IMG/VR virus record: IMGVR_UViG_3300017778_001871
Span: 1-24,478 of that record
Length of the DNA: 24,478 nt
Source of the DNA: a virus
Taxonomy: Duplodnaviria > Caudoviricetes
Reading direction: 5' to 3' (one strand)
Shown: positions 8,720-16,745 of the stretch, piece after piece
Layout: every line of letters starts with the position of its first letter
Numbering within the stretch: the first letter of the stretch is position 1
The notes under the pieces: model-generated
What the model was told of the DNA's origin: nothing
Databases searched by the model: none
The model's input: only the letters and a program-made list of their open reading frames with translations
Made by a program: the position numbers and the translations under genes

Positions 8720-8726
8720 TATTTAA
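8720..8726 (-). promoter_or_regulatory. Late promoter-like motif TTAAATA
   Basis: TTAAATA-GATC-ATG(8715); contains the upstream gene's TAA stop; no SD. Confidence 0.55.
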
Positions 8727-9460
8727 CGGTTAATTTGTTCAGCAACATAATCTGCAGCCGCAGAGTGAAATTTTGGACCAGCATGATGACCGCAACGGGA
8801 CCAATCAACTGGTATTGATGGGTCATGTTTTTCTTTGCTTATTTCGCCCATTGAAAACTTATAGTAAGGCACTTTGTTTTTTTCACATATCCATTGCATG
8901 GCGTCTGTGTTTTTTTCCTGATTTAACTTGTAGTTTTCTTGATGTTCGTACCATGCATTTATTGTGGCTTTTATATCAGCAGAACTAACAGGTGCATGTG
9001 GAGAGCTCACTGCTTGCCATTTACTGTCTGTGTATACTTCAAACCCGTCTTTTTCTCCGCCAACTTCAATCACCATTATTGTATTCAGTTGGGAGATATA
9101 ATTTTTTAAAACTCGATACATGGTATCTAAACTCCCAGTACCAGTTGCTAGATTCCAAATTGGTACGTTTATTTTTTTACTCAACTGTTCAGACCATGTT
9201 TGATGTTGATGTAATCCCACTCCCACTGTGGGACTACTGCCCAATATCATGATTCTTTCTGACTGGTCAAATTCATCTGTGCGAAACCCACCACTGTTGA
9301 ATTTATATTCAATCACAGTGTTGTTTGACCACCCTGACTGAACCCAGGTTGGGTAAAATGCCGGATCGTTGAGTAATCTTTGGTTTTTGGGGCGATCAGT
9401 TCCCACCCAATTTTGTGTTAGATTAGCGTATTGAGAATAATTGTGAAGGCAATGCTGCAT
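8723..9460 (-). CDS. SGNH/GDSL hydrolase-like accessory protein
   Basis: YKFNSGGFRTDEF...IMILGSSPTVGVG...TW...WNLATGTGS and C-terminal HHAGPKFH; start moved to ATG 9460 to avoid overlapping the nuclease gene. Confidence 0.55.
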   Translation of the reverse strand: MQHCLHNYSQYANLTQNWVGTDRPKNQRLLNDPAFYPTWVQSGWSNNTVIEYKFNSGGFRTDEFDQSERIMILGSSPTVGVGLHQHQTWSEQLSKKINVPIWNLATGTGSLDTMYRVLKNYISQLNTIMVIEVGGEKDGFEVYTDSKWQAVSSPHAPVSSADIKATINAWYEHQENYKLNQEKNTDAMQWICEKNKVPYYKFSMGEISKEKHDPSIPVDWSRCGHHAGPKFHSAAADYVAEQINR

Positions 9461-9482
9461 CAACAAAATTACGTTAGCGGGG

Positions 9483-9920
9483 TTAATTACACCAAGACGT
9501 TTTGGCTTCGCCGTAGTATTCACGGGCAAAACCGTTGGCAATAAGCATCTGACGCAGGCTTTGTCCGTTTAGCAAGACATCTCCGAGCACACGGCCGCCA
9601 TACTTGTCCCAGTCCATGAGTACCACCTGTCGTTGTGAAGCCTGGGCAACGGCTGCTTTGGTAAAGGCCGAAGCTGCTTCGCCACGCTGTGCTTCACTGG
9701 CACACTGAGCGCGGAATCCTTTTTCAGGAGTGTCAACACCAAAAACTCTAATGCTGAGTTCTTTCTTGAGTGGTGCAGGCAAAAAGTCTGCCTGAAATGC
9801 CACTGTGTCACCGTCTATGACTCTGGTGATCATAGCGTCATAGGTCACGCCAGGACGTTGTTTGCCTTGGGCAAATGCTAATACAGGAACGATCAGTAAG
9901 AGAAGGATGAGTTGTTTCAT
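9483..9920 (-). CDS. Thermonuclease (staphylococcal nuclease family) with N-terminal signal peptide
   Basis: RVIDGDT, IRVFGVDTPE, DKYGGRVLGDV, LIANGFAREY; N-terminus MKQLILLLLIVPVLAFA with an AxA cleavage site. Confidence 0.9.
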   Translation of the reverse strand: MKQLILLLLIVPVLAFAQGKQRPGVTYDAMITRVIDGDTVAFQADFLPAPLKKELSIRVFGVDTPEKGFRAQCASEAQRGEAASAFTKAAVAQASQRQVVLMDWDKYGGRVLGDVLLNGQSLRQMLIANGFAREYYGEAKTSWCN

Positions 9921-9924
9921 TTAG

Positions 9925-9932
9925 TATTTATA
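9925..9932 (-). promoter_or_regulatory. Perfect T4 late promoter consensus TATAAATA
   Basis: TATAAATA-CTAA-ATG(9920). Confidence 0.7.
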
Positions 9933-9949
9933 GTAGACTATTTGGTAGA

Positions 9950-10336
9950 TTAGCGTGGGTAGCCAGCAAATGCTTTTACGGGGCTTGTTGTGCAGACAAA
10001 GTTAGGTTCTAAACTATTTGGGGCACTTATTTGTATTTTTTTGCCAGGTAAACCGGCCATTTGTAATGCTTGGTCAATGATTGGCCCAACACTGTCATTG
10101 AATCCAGCAATCACAGCATCTTCGCCAAATACTGTGTCTGGGCTCCAGGCAGGTGACTTGTCAGTGATGCCATCTGTTCCAGCGTCACTACGTGCTCGAG
10201 CCATGGCCACACCCAGTCGATATATTTGATACGGATCACTACCACTTACGCCAGGCAACACAAACACATGATTCATAGGATCTGCTTGCTCGGGTGGCAA
10301 TGCTGCTTCTTCGCTGAGAAATTCACGGGCTCTCAT
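9950..10336 (-). CDS. Hypothetical protein, paralog of the upstream gene; putative internal head protein
   Basis: 128 aa; starts MRAREFLSE, ends TSPVKAFAGYPR; ATGA overlap with upstream gene. Confidence 0.75.
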   Translation of the reverse strand: MRAREFLSEEAALPPEQADPMNHVFVLPGVSGSDPYQIYRLGVAMARARSDAGTDGITDKSPAWSPDTVFGEDAVIAGFNDSVGPIIDQALQMAGLPGKKIQISAPNSLEPNFVCTTSPVKAFAGYPR

Positions 10337-10704
10337 CTCGGATAGCCCTTGAATGCTTTAACCGGGCTTGTGAGATTTACTCCCGGAAGTTCTTCGCTTT
10401 TAAAGTTGCCCTTGTTTAGGTCTTTGTATTCTGCTCCAGCAGCTTTAAATGCCTTGACCAACATCTGTTGTTCTTGTTCTGTGTAAGGATGTGCGCTGCG
10501 ATCTTTGCCAATCCAAGATTCACCATTCATGTCTGGAACAAATGTTCCGTCAGTACATGCCACAGCCATCATCACACGATTTAGTGTGTAGGTGCTGTCA
10601 GTTCTACTGGGATCAAAAAACAAATCCATTCCAACACTTGCATCTTGCTGGCGCGGAGTAATTTTGCCTCTTGACTCTTGAATAACGAACTCTCGGGCTC
10701 GCAT
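10333..10704 (-). CDS. Hypothetical protein, paralog of the downstream gene; putative internal head protein
   Basis: 123 aa from ATG 10704; starts MRAREFVIQE, ends TSPVKAFKGYPR. Confidence 0.75.
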   Translation of the reverse strand: MRAREFVIQESRGKITPRQQDASVGMDLFFDPSRTDSTYTLNRVMMAVACTDGTFVPDMNGESWIGKDRSAHPYTEQEQQMLVKAFKAAGAEYKDLNKGNFKSEELPGVNLTSPVKAFKGYPR

Positions 10705-10705
10705 G

Positions 10706-11029
10706 TTATCTGCCGTTTGATCCAGCTGTGGCTGATGTTGCGGCGCCAATGGCTGTGGCAGTAAAGCCTGTGCCTGTCACAATATTGAGATAATTGCCCA
10801 CGCCTACATAGTACTGTTGAACACTGTTGCCTGGAACTACTATTGCATTTGCATAGATGTTACCTGTTGCGGTAGTCATACTTGCGTTTGCTGGAACTCC
10901 ATTGGCCTGCACGTAGGTCAATTGAACTGCGGAAACTTGAAAAGTCACATTGGCAGTGGTAGTGGAAATTTCAACTTTGTCAGTTGTCCAGGCCACATTT
11001 GATACTGCATTGACAACTTGAATAGCCAT
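10706..11029 (-). CDS. Small Thr/Ala/Val/Asn-rich, probably beta-rich virion protein
   Basis: 107 aa; SD AAGGA; composition typical of structural or decoration proteins. Confidence 0.7.
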   Translation of the reverse strand: MAIQVVNAVSNVAWTTDKVEISTTTANVTFQVSAVQLTYVQANGVPANASMTTATGNIYANAIVVPGNSVQQYYVGVGNYLNIVTGTGFTATAIGAATSATAGSNGR

Positions 11030-11208
11030 TATGTTAGTCCTTTGTTAAGATCTGTCACGCTCACAGGGCGAAATAAATTTGTAGTTTGCGTAATCACACC
11101 AGGTATCATTGCTGGTTGATTGCGTACCTCTGATGGTGTTGGTGCCGGCGGATGACGTTCCGCCAGTCGTTTCATTGTGTCAGTATAGTTGTTGTACTGT
11201 TGTGTCAT
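11029..11208 (-). CDS. Small hypothetical protein (59 aa), below the ORF-track cutoff
   Basis: MTQQYNNYTDTMKRLAERHPPAPTPSEVRNQPAMIPGVITQTTNLFRPVSVTDLNKGLT; starts 1 nt after the upstream stop and ends in a TAATG overlap, exactly filling the gap. Confidence 0.7.
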   Translation of the reverse strand: MTQQYNNYTDTMKRLAERHPPAPTPSEVRNQPAMIPGVITQTTNLFRPVSVTDLNKGLT

Positions 11209-11209
11209 T

Positions 11210-13651
11210 TTAGATGTTAAACTTAGAAAATTCTTTCATCAAACTTTCTTCAATTTTCTCTTCTTCTTTTTCTTTTTTGTCGTCAACAGCTTTGGCCATT
11301 GGCTCTTCTTTGTCGCCATCTTTGTCCATGTCTAGGAAGTCAGGCTTCTTGGCTTCTTGGATGCCGGCAATGTTACGCATGCGGCTCAACATCTGTTCAA
11401 AACTTTCTGTAACTGACTCGTCGCACTCGCATGGATCACAATCGCAAGCTGAACATGTTTTGTCTTCATCAAGCTCTTCAGTTTCTTGAGATTCTTCAAC
11501 TTCTTCAGGCGCTGGCTCTTCTACTTCCTCTTTCATGGTGCGTTCCCATGGCTTGAGATTGTCTTGCTGAATACCGGCCATTTCCATCATTCTGCGAAGT
11601 TCTTCGTCGCCCATTCTGCTGTCTTGATTTGCAATTACAGGCACAGTGGTTTGACCAGTTGATTTTGGACCGTTCATGCCGCCACTATACATCATGGAAT
11701 CTTCTGTGCCTGTTTGGTCTGTAGGATAATCTGGATTGTTCTCATCCACTGCTTCCTGTACATCGCCGCATCCGCAATCGCCCATACCGCAAGTTGGGCA
11801 TGATTGTTCCTGGCCCATCTCTTGTCCCATTTCTTGTCCCATTGGCTCACCACCGCCAAGTCCTGCTGATTTCAGCATCACAGCCAATTTCATAGCATCT
11901 TCATCTGTGGCTGTAATGGTTAGACTCTTACCGCCTTCGGTTGAGTCACTCATGTTCACGCTCATTGATTCAGCAATCATGTTTTCTAATTCACGATTGA
12001 TTGAGTCATAGATGCCTTTGCCATACGAGAAGCCACTTGACGCTGTAGGAGTATCAGCACCGCCTTGCTCTTTTACTTTCTTAGGCTTGTCTTCTTTCTT
12101 GTCTTTCTTTTCATCGTACTCAATGTCTTTGGCAACTTTCTTGCCGGCCTTTTCGGCCTTGTCATCTTCGGAGCCACGCTTTTTGCCATGGATACCATCT
12201 TTCTTCTTTTCATCGTACTCAATGTCTTTGGCAACTTTGCGGCCGGCTCGTTCAGCATGGCTGTCACGCTTGCCTGTGGACTCTTCGCCCATGGCCATTT
12301 CTTCATCGCCACCTTCTTGATTCTGCATGTAGTCATCCACAGCAGTCATCATGCTTTCAATCTTGGCCAATTTGGATTGTACCCATTCTGGCAAGTTGTC
12401 GTTGTCGCCCAGGATCTTTTCCAAGGCTTGTGCATGACGCACAACAGTCTTGATGCTGTCTTTGGCCATGTCGCCTTCTTGGTCGTATTCGCCTTTTTCT
12501 GCTGGATCAAAGTCATTTTCTTTGGTCATCAACTTTGATTTGCCTGATGGTCCTTTGGCGCCCATCTTGCTGCCTGTACCAGCTGGTCTTCCGCGGCCGC
12601 GAGCTTGTGGTTGAGCGTCAGACGCATCATCGGCACCTACTGAATTGCCTTGGTCATCCACTCTGCGAGTTACTTTGCGTCCTGTAGCAGTTTGTTCAAT
12701 GTCGTGTTTGTGTCCACGTGTGACAGATCCAACTTTAGGAGCATCAACACGAGGACGCTTGTGTGCTGTGAATGCATTGTCAGCACTGCTTTCGTCAGCT
12801 GGTTGTTTCTTAACACCTTTGCGCAACATCTCAAAGTCGGTGGCATCATTACGGTCTAATTTTTTCTGGCCGCCACTCAATGCACCTTTAATGGCTTCGG
12901 CAGCTACATCACCCAGCATTTCGTCAACTTCTTTCTTGGCGCCGGCAATCTTGTCGGCAAAAGTAATTTTGTTTGCAGGAGGCGCAAGTTTGGCAAATGA
13001 CTTTTGCTTAGGTGTCATTGACGCCCCGGCCTCTGGCAGATTGGGTTCTGCATGTGTACCTTGTGCGGCTTTTATACTGCCTTTGAGACTGGAGATTTGA
13101 CTACGTAATGGCAAGCCTTTTCTTGGTCCTTTTTCTACAGGACTGCCGCTGCCGCCGCGCCCAAAGCCCTTGCGTAGTGGATCGTTGTGGTCAAATTCGC
13201 TACCGCCTATTTTGCGTTTTCTACCTTCATAGTCATCGGGTTTTGGATTATAATAGAGCTCATCGGCGTCAGGGCCGTAGGTGTAGTCTAGTGGTTCTAC
13301 TGTGTACAATTTGTCTTTGTACTTTGGGTCACGGTATTTGGCAGCTTCGGTTGTTTTTTGTTCTGGCTTCTTGCCTGTTTGTGGCACACCCATCTTACGT
13401 TGCAGGTCACGCATCATTTCAGCATCGTCACCATGGCCCAATTTGTTTAGCGCCGCGCTGCCAACTTTCTTGGCCATACCGCCAACTTTACGGGCCATGT
13501 CTCCCATGCCTTCGTCCACTTCTGTATTGTCATACTTTTCATAGCCCTTGGCAGCACGGCTCATGTCGCGCTCGTTCAATTGCTTGTGAGTGGTCTCTGG
13601 CTTCTCGCGAATGGAATCCAGTTTTTTGTTTATTTCGTAAAAAAATGTCAT
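11210..13651 (-). CDS. Large, highly charged modular protein (813 aa); putative prohead core/internal protein
   Basis: Low-complexity K/E/D/G-rich sequence; many hydrophobic-x-E junctions; RGRGRP, two Cys clusters, EF-hand-like DMDKDGDKEE; SD AGAGGA. Confidence 0.75.
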   Translation of the reverse strand: MTFFYEINKKLDSIREKPETTHKQLNERDMSRAAKGYEKYDNTEVDEGMGDMARKVGGMAKKVGSAALNKLGHGDDAEMMRDLQRKMGVPQTGKKPEQKTTEAAKYRDPKYKDKLYTVEPLDYTYGPDADELYYNPKPDDYEGRKRKIGGSEFDHNDPLRKGFGRGGSGSPVEKGPRKGLPLRSQISSLKGSIKAAQGTHAEPNLPEAGASMTPKQKSFAKLAPPANKITFADKIAGAKKEVDEMLGDVAAEAIKGALSGGQKKLDRNDATDFEMLRKGVKKQPADESSADNAFTAHKRPRVDAPKVGSVTRGHKHDIEQTATGRKVTRRVDDQGNSVGADDASDAQPQARGRGRPAGTGSKMGAKGPSGKSKLMTKENDFDPAEKGEYDQEGDMAKDSIKTVVRHAQALEKILGDNDNLPEWVQSKLAKIESMMTAVDDYMQNQEGGDEEMAMGEESTGKRDSHAERAGRKVAKDIEYDEKKKDGIHGKKRGSEDDKAEKAGKKVAKDIEYDEKKDKKEDKPKKVKEQGGADTPTASSGFSYGKGIYDSINRELENMIAESMSVNMSDSTEGGKSLTITATDEDAMKLAVMLKSAGLGGGEPMGQEMGQEMGQEQSCPTCGMGDCGCGDVQEAVDENNPDYPTDQTGTEDSMMYSGGMNGPKSTGQTTVPVIANQDSRMGDEELRRMMEMAGIQQDNLKPWERTMKEEVEEPAPEEVEESQETEELDEDKTCSACDCDPCECDESVTESFEQMLSRMRNIAGIQEAKKPDFLDMDKDGDKEEPMAKAVDDKKEKEEEKIEESLMKEFSKFNI
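12105..12238. repeat. 35-nt perfect direct repeat, 2 copies 99 nt apart, encoding KVAKDIEYDEK
   Basis: ttcttttcatcgtactcaatgtctttggcaacttt at 12105-12139 and 12204-12238. Confidence 0.9.
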
Positions 13652-13656
13652 TTTAA

Positions 13657-14265
13657 TTATCCTCTTGGGTTGGCGCCAGTTGCTGGCCGTGGTTGACGCT
13701 TGATCGTGGTCATAGGGCTTTTGTTGCCCTGGGGAATCTCATTGGTAGTCTTGGCAGGTGGAGTCTTGCCGCCAGCAACAGTAAAGTCACTACGGTAGGC
13801 ATTTTTCAACACAGCGTGATCGTATGGACCAATGGAATAGTCTTTCTTGAGTGCTCGTTGTTCAGCAGTAGGTGCTGGATAGTCAGTGTTGGCCAACAGG
13901 TCTTTGTTCTGTGCTTCAATGCTGGATATTTCGTTGCTGATGCCTTCGTCATACTCGCGAGTCTGCATGGCAATATGATTGGGGTCGAATCCCAGTAACT
14001 GTGCCAACTGTTTGATTTGTGGTTCAATTGCAGGATATCGAAAATTAACATCAACAAATGTCATGCTTTCATTTTCTGCACCAGGAAAATCTTTGATAAG
14101 TTTTTGTACTGGTGTGGTTTTTGGGCGTGACACACTGACCACGTCAAACTGCGCCATTTTTTCTTCAAGATTTTTAACAAATCCTGCAGGCACATCCCCT
14201 AAGATTTTGATCCTGTAGTTGTATGTGCGTTCGCTTTCTACTATGTACTGATGAAATGTTTTCAT
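13657..14265 (-). CDS. Hypothetical head-associated protein with a capsid-targeting-sequence-like N-terminus
   Basis: 202 aa; MKTFHQYIVE resembles the T4 internal-protein leader MKTYQEFIAE. Confidence 0.7.
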   Translation of the reverse strand: MKTFHQYIVESERTYNYRIKILGDVPAGFVKNLEEKMAQFDVVSVSRPKTTPVQKLIKDFPGAENESMTFVDVNFRYPAIEPQIKQLAQLLGFDPNHIAMQTREYDEGISNEISSIEAQNKDLLANTDYPAPTAEQRALKKDYSIGPYDHAVLKNAYRSDFTVAGGKTPPAKTTNEIPQGNKSPMTTIKRQPRPATGANPRG

Positions 14266-14282
14266 ATGGATATCCTATGTGA

Positions 14283-14289
14283 TATTTAT
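14283..14289 (-). promoter_or_regulatory. Late promoter-like motif ATAAATA
   Basis: Contains the upstream TAA stop; 17 nt before ATG 14265; SD AGGA present. Confidence 0.6.
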
Positions 14290-14768
14290 TCTTTTTTACT
14301 GTTTGTTCTTCTATCACCAATGAGTCTTTCCAAGATTTCATTGCGATCTAACACATGACCTTGGCCTGTATGGGTGGGTATAGTGCCGTCTCCTGCTGTT
14401 TGATCCAGTCGAGCTTTTTTCAATTGCAGATCAATCATTTTTAATTTTTTGTTTAGCTTGGCAGTTTTGGCAGTGAGAGCATGTCCCAACATGGCACCAG
14501 CCACAGCAAATATTTCAGCAGCAAAACGGCTGTCTACATTGTAGCCCAAGTCCATCAAGTTATCAAAGCTGTCTGTGGCTTTTTGCGCCAGTGCATCCAT
14601 TTCTTGGTCACTGGCTTCGAGACTTTTTACCATGGGCAAAGCTGCATCTATCTTGTCCATGGTTGAATTTACTTCGGCTATGTATGCTTGAGTTTGTTCA
14701 ATGGTAGGCTGTTCCGGCTGAATATTTTCCTCAGAAGGAAGGTCAAATAGTTCTTCTAATTTACGCAT
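14286..14768 (-). CDS. Probable terminase small subunit (T4 gp16-like)
   Basis: 160 aa from ATG 14768; NVDSRFAAEIFAVAGAML resembles T4 gp16 NADSPRHMEVFATLMGQM (recalled from memory), followed by a coiled coil and C-terminal DRNEILERL. Confidence 0.6.
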   Translation of the reverse strand: MRKLEELFDLPSEENIQPEQPTIEQTQAYIAEVNSTMDKIDAALPMVKSLEASDQEMDALAQKATDSFDNLMDLGYNVDSRFAAEIFAVAGAMLGHALTAKTAKLNKKLKMIDLQLKKARLDQTAGDGTIPTHTGQGHVLDRNEILERLIGDRRTNSKKE

Positions 14769-14772
14769 ACCG

Positions 14773-14779
14773 TATTTAC
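14773..14779 (-). promoter_or_regulatory. Late promoter-like motif GTAAATA
   Basis: GTAAATA-CGGT-ATG(14768); no SD. Confidence 0.55.
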
Positions 14780-14800
14780 TCAGAAAACAACCACAGTGGG

Positions 14801-15232
14801 CTATTTGCCGCCTTTGTGGAACATTTGATCTTCGGTTATAACTCGGAATACCAGCCCGTTCTTTTTGCACCAGGCTTGCGCTGCTGCCCATTTGGCGTAA
14901 TTTATAGCAACCACAGCACGTTCTCGTGTGCTCATGTTGGATTCAATCACACTTTGTTTTTTGGGTTTGATTTCAATCAGCTCTGCTTTTACTTTGTTGT
15001 CTTTGGTTTTGTAGGTCATCAGGATGTCAGGTATGTACTGACTCATTTTGCCTGTAAGAGGATTTCTGTAGGGTATTGCAATGCTTTCACTGGCCCATTG
15101 CAGTACAAAATTGTTGTTGTCGCAGAATCTAAAAAATGCATGTTCCCAACCTGATCGATATCTAGGCTGACCCTTGCCCACATACTTGTCTGGATTGGTG
15201 AGAGCGTATATTCCGTTTGCCCAGCGGCTCAT
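14801..15232 (-). CDS. gp4: Head completion nuclease (T4 gp4-like, TnsA-type PD-(D/E)xK fold)
   Basis: NPDKYVG...YRSGWE...FCD...WASESIAIPY...YIPD...LIEIKPKKQ...NYAKWAAA...FRVITE; start at ATG 15232 (ATGA overlap). Confidence 0.9.
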   Translation of the reverse strand: MSRWANGIYALTNPDKYVGKGQPRYRSGWEHAFFRFCDNNNFVLQWASESIAIPYRNPLTGKMSQYIPDILMTYKTKDNKVKAELIEIKPKKQSVIESNMSTRERAVVAINYAKWAAAQAWCKKNGLVFRVITEDQMFHKGGK

Positions 15233-15591
15233 GATAACACGTTTCTTGCAGTGTAGTAGTTGGAAGTAACTGACGCACCAAATCCCAACAAGGTGCTGGC
15301 GTTTCTCATGCTGTTGAGATAGTAACACAGGGTCTGTGTAAGAGTGATTGAGTCTTGGCCTTCCAAAGATGCCAACACAGTAAGCACATTGGTTCTGGTT
15401 TCGTTGGCAATTCTAAACAGCGCCACTGTGAAATTGCCAGCTGCTTGATCAGTTGTAAACACGCTCTTGAGATAACTGTATACTACATCATACTCTTCGG
15501 CATTTACAAACTGTTCGTATTCATAAAAACTGTCAAAAATTCTAACAGTAAGATCTGTGCCTGGATTAACAACGTTGACTGAGCCGCCCAT
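15229..15591 (-). CDS. Hypothetical virion protein
   Basis: 120-aa ORF tightly packed within the tail/head operon. Confidence 0.7.
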   Translation of the reverse strand: MGGSVNVVNPGTDLTVRIFDSFYEYEQFVNAEEYDVVYSYLKSVFTTDQAAGNFTVALFRIANETRTNVLTVLASLEGQDSITLTQTLCYYLNSMRNASTLLGFGASVTSNYYTARNVLS

Positions 15592-15593
15592 GA

Positions 15594-16739
15594 TTATCTT
15601 CCTGGTGATCTAGGAAACACAAAGCCGCCTGAGCCGCCTGGTTGCTGACGAACAGCAGCCGGTATGCTGTTTCTAATTGCGCCCTTGAGTCCAATATTGG
15701 CTTCTTCATTGACCACACTTCGAAGATTCACACCTTTGAATGTGTTGACGGCTGTTCCACCTTTTTGTATTGCACCAATGATGCCAGCCACGCCGCCACT
15801 TTGCAAATCTTCCACAATGCCTACGCCTGCATCCAACAAGCCGCCTTGTCCCAGTACTGATCTAGTGGAGCCTGGACGTGCCAAACTGGATCTAATGTTG
15901 TCATAGTGTGCTGGATCTGCAAAACCTTTCACATTGGTATCTGGTCTTGATCCACCAATTGCACCTGAATAGTATTTTACAGTTTCGTATTCAATGGTCA
16001 TTTTGTTGCTCATGATACCGCCGCTTTCGGCATAGCTATAGGTATCATGATCCCATGTTTTGATCAATGGATTGATCAGTACATAACTGGCAAACTTGTG
16101 TTGGTCCATGCCGTATATGGTAATGTCTCTAAAGAATGGTGGCTTGCCTGACGACTGATTGCCCCCAGATCCCACACCGGGGCCGCCTGCATTGCCTTGA
16201 CTGTATGACTCACCAATAAATCCCCAATCATTAACTGTGCGATTGTTGGCATAGATGTCTCTAACGCCGTAGGCAAATCCAGGTTCGTTGGCCACTGAAC
16301 CTATACTGCCATTTTGATTGCTGGCTGAGCCGTATTGTTGATTGGAATCTTTGTAGTAGTAACTGTAGTAATTGTACCACATGTTGCGACTGATGTCGCC
16401 ACCGTCATCATGGAATTCAACCTGTACCGGCTGGTAGTTGATTTTCTTTTGTATCACACGTTTGCGATTGTATTGATTTAGTGTTTCAGTATCAATTGAG
16501 TATGATGGCAATTGAATTGTTTTGACCAACAAGCTCAATGAACTTTTATCACCTTCAGGAAACACTGCTGCTAGTGTAGGAACTTCGCTGGTGTTGATGT
16601 TGAAGTATACGTGGAATAAGAACTTGTTCCGAGGAGCAAGTTCGTATCCATTTGTAAGGAACGTTTTTGAAGCGTGGGCATAATCTTTGAGACCTTGCCC
16701 ACCAAAAAATCCTTTGAGAAAATCTTGCCCAAAGGCCAT
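15594..16739 (-). CDS. Tail-tube-like baseplate protein (gp54/gp48-like tube initiator or cap)
   Basis: PRNKFLFHVYF...VKTIQLPSY...YQPVQVEFHDD...LINPLIKTWDH...MTIEYE parallels the adjacent tube protein pattern. Confidence 0.6.
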   Translation of the reverse strand: MAFGQDFLKGFFGGQGLKDYAHASKTFLTNGYELAPRNKFLFHVYFNINTSEVPTLAAVFPEGDKSSLSLLVKTIQLPSYSIDTETLNQYNRKRVIQKKINYQPVQVEFHDDGGDISRNMWYNYYSYYYKDSNQQYGSASNQNGSIGSVANEPGFAYGVRDIYANNRTVNDWGFIGESYSQGNAGGPGVGSGGNQSSGKPPFFRDITIYGMDQHKFASYVLINPLIKTWDHDTYSYAESGGIMSNKMTIEYETVKYYSGAIGGSRPDTNVKGFADPAHYDNIRSSLARPGSTRSVLGQGGLLDAGVGIVEDLQSGGVAGIIGAIQKGGTAVNTFKGVNLRSVVNEEANIGLKGAIRNSIPAAVRQQPGGSGGFVFPRSPGR

Positions 16740-16745
16740 AGAAGA

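Noticed and set aside
12105-12238. 35-nt direct repeat as a possible mini-CRISPR or DGR repeat
   Set aside because: Only two identical copies, in frame (99 nt apart) within a coding region; no cas or reverse transcriptase gene in the window
11214-13656. Many plus-strand ORFs (up to 182 aa) opposite the 813-aa gene
   Set aside because: Typical antisense open frames of a low-complexity gene; no RBS or motifs
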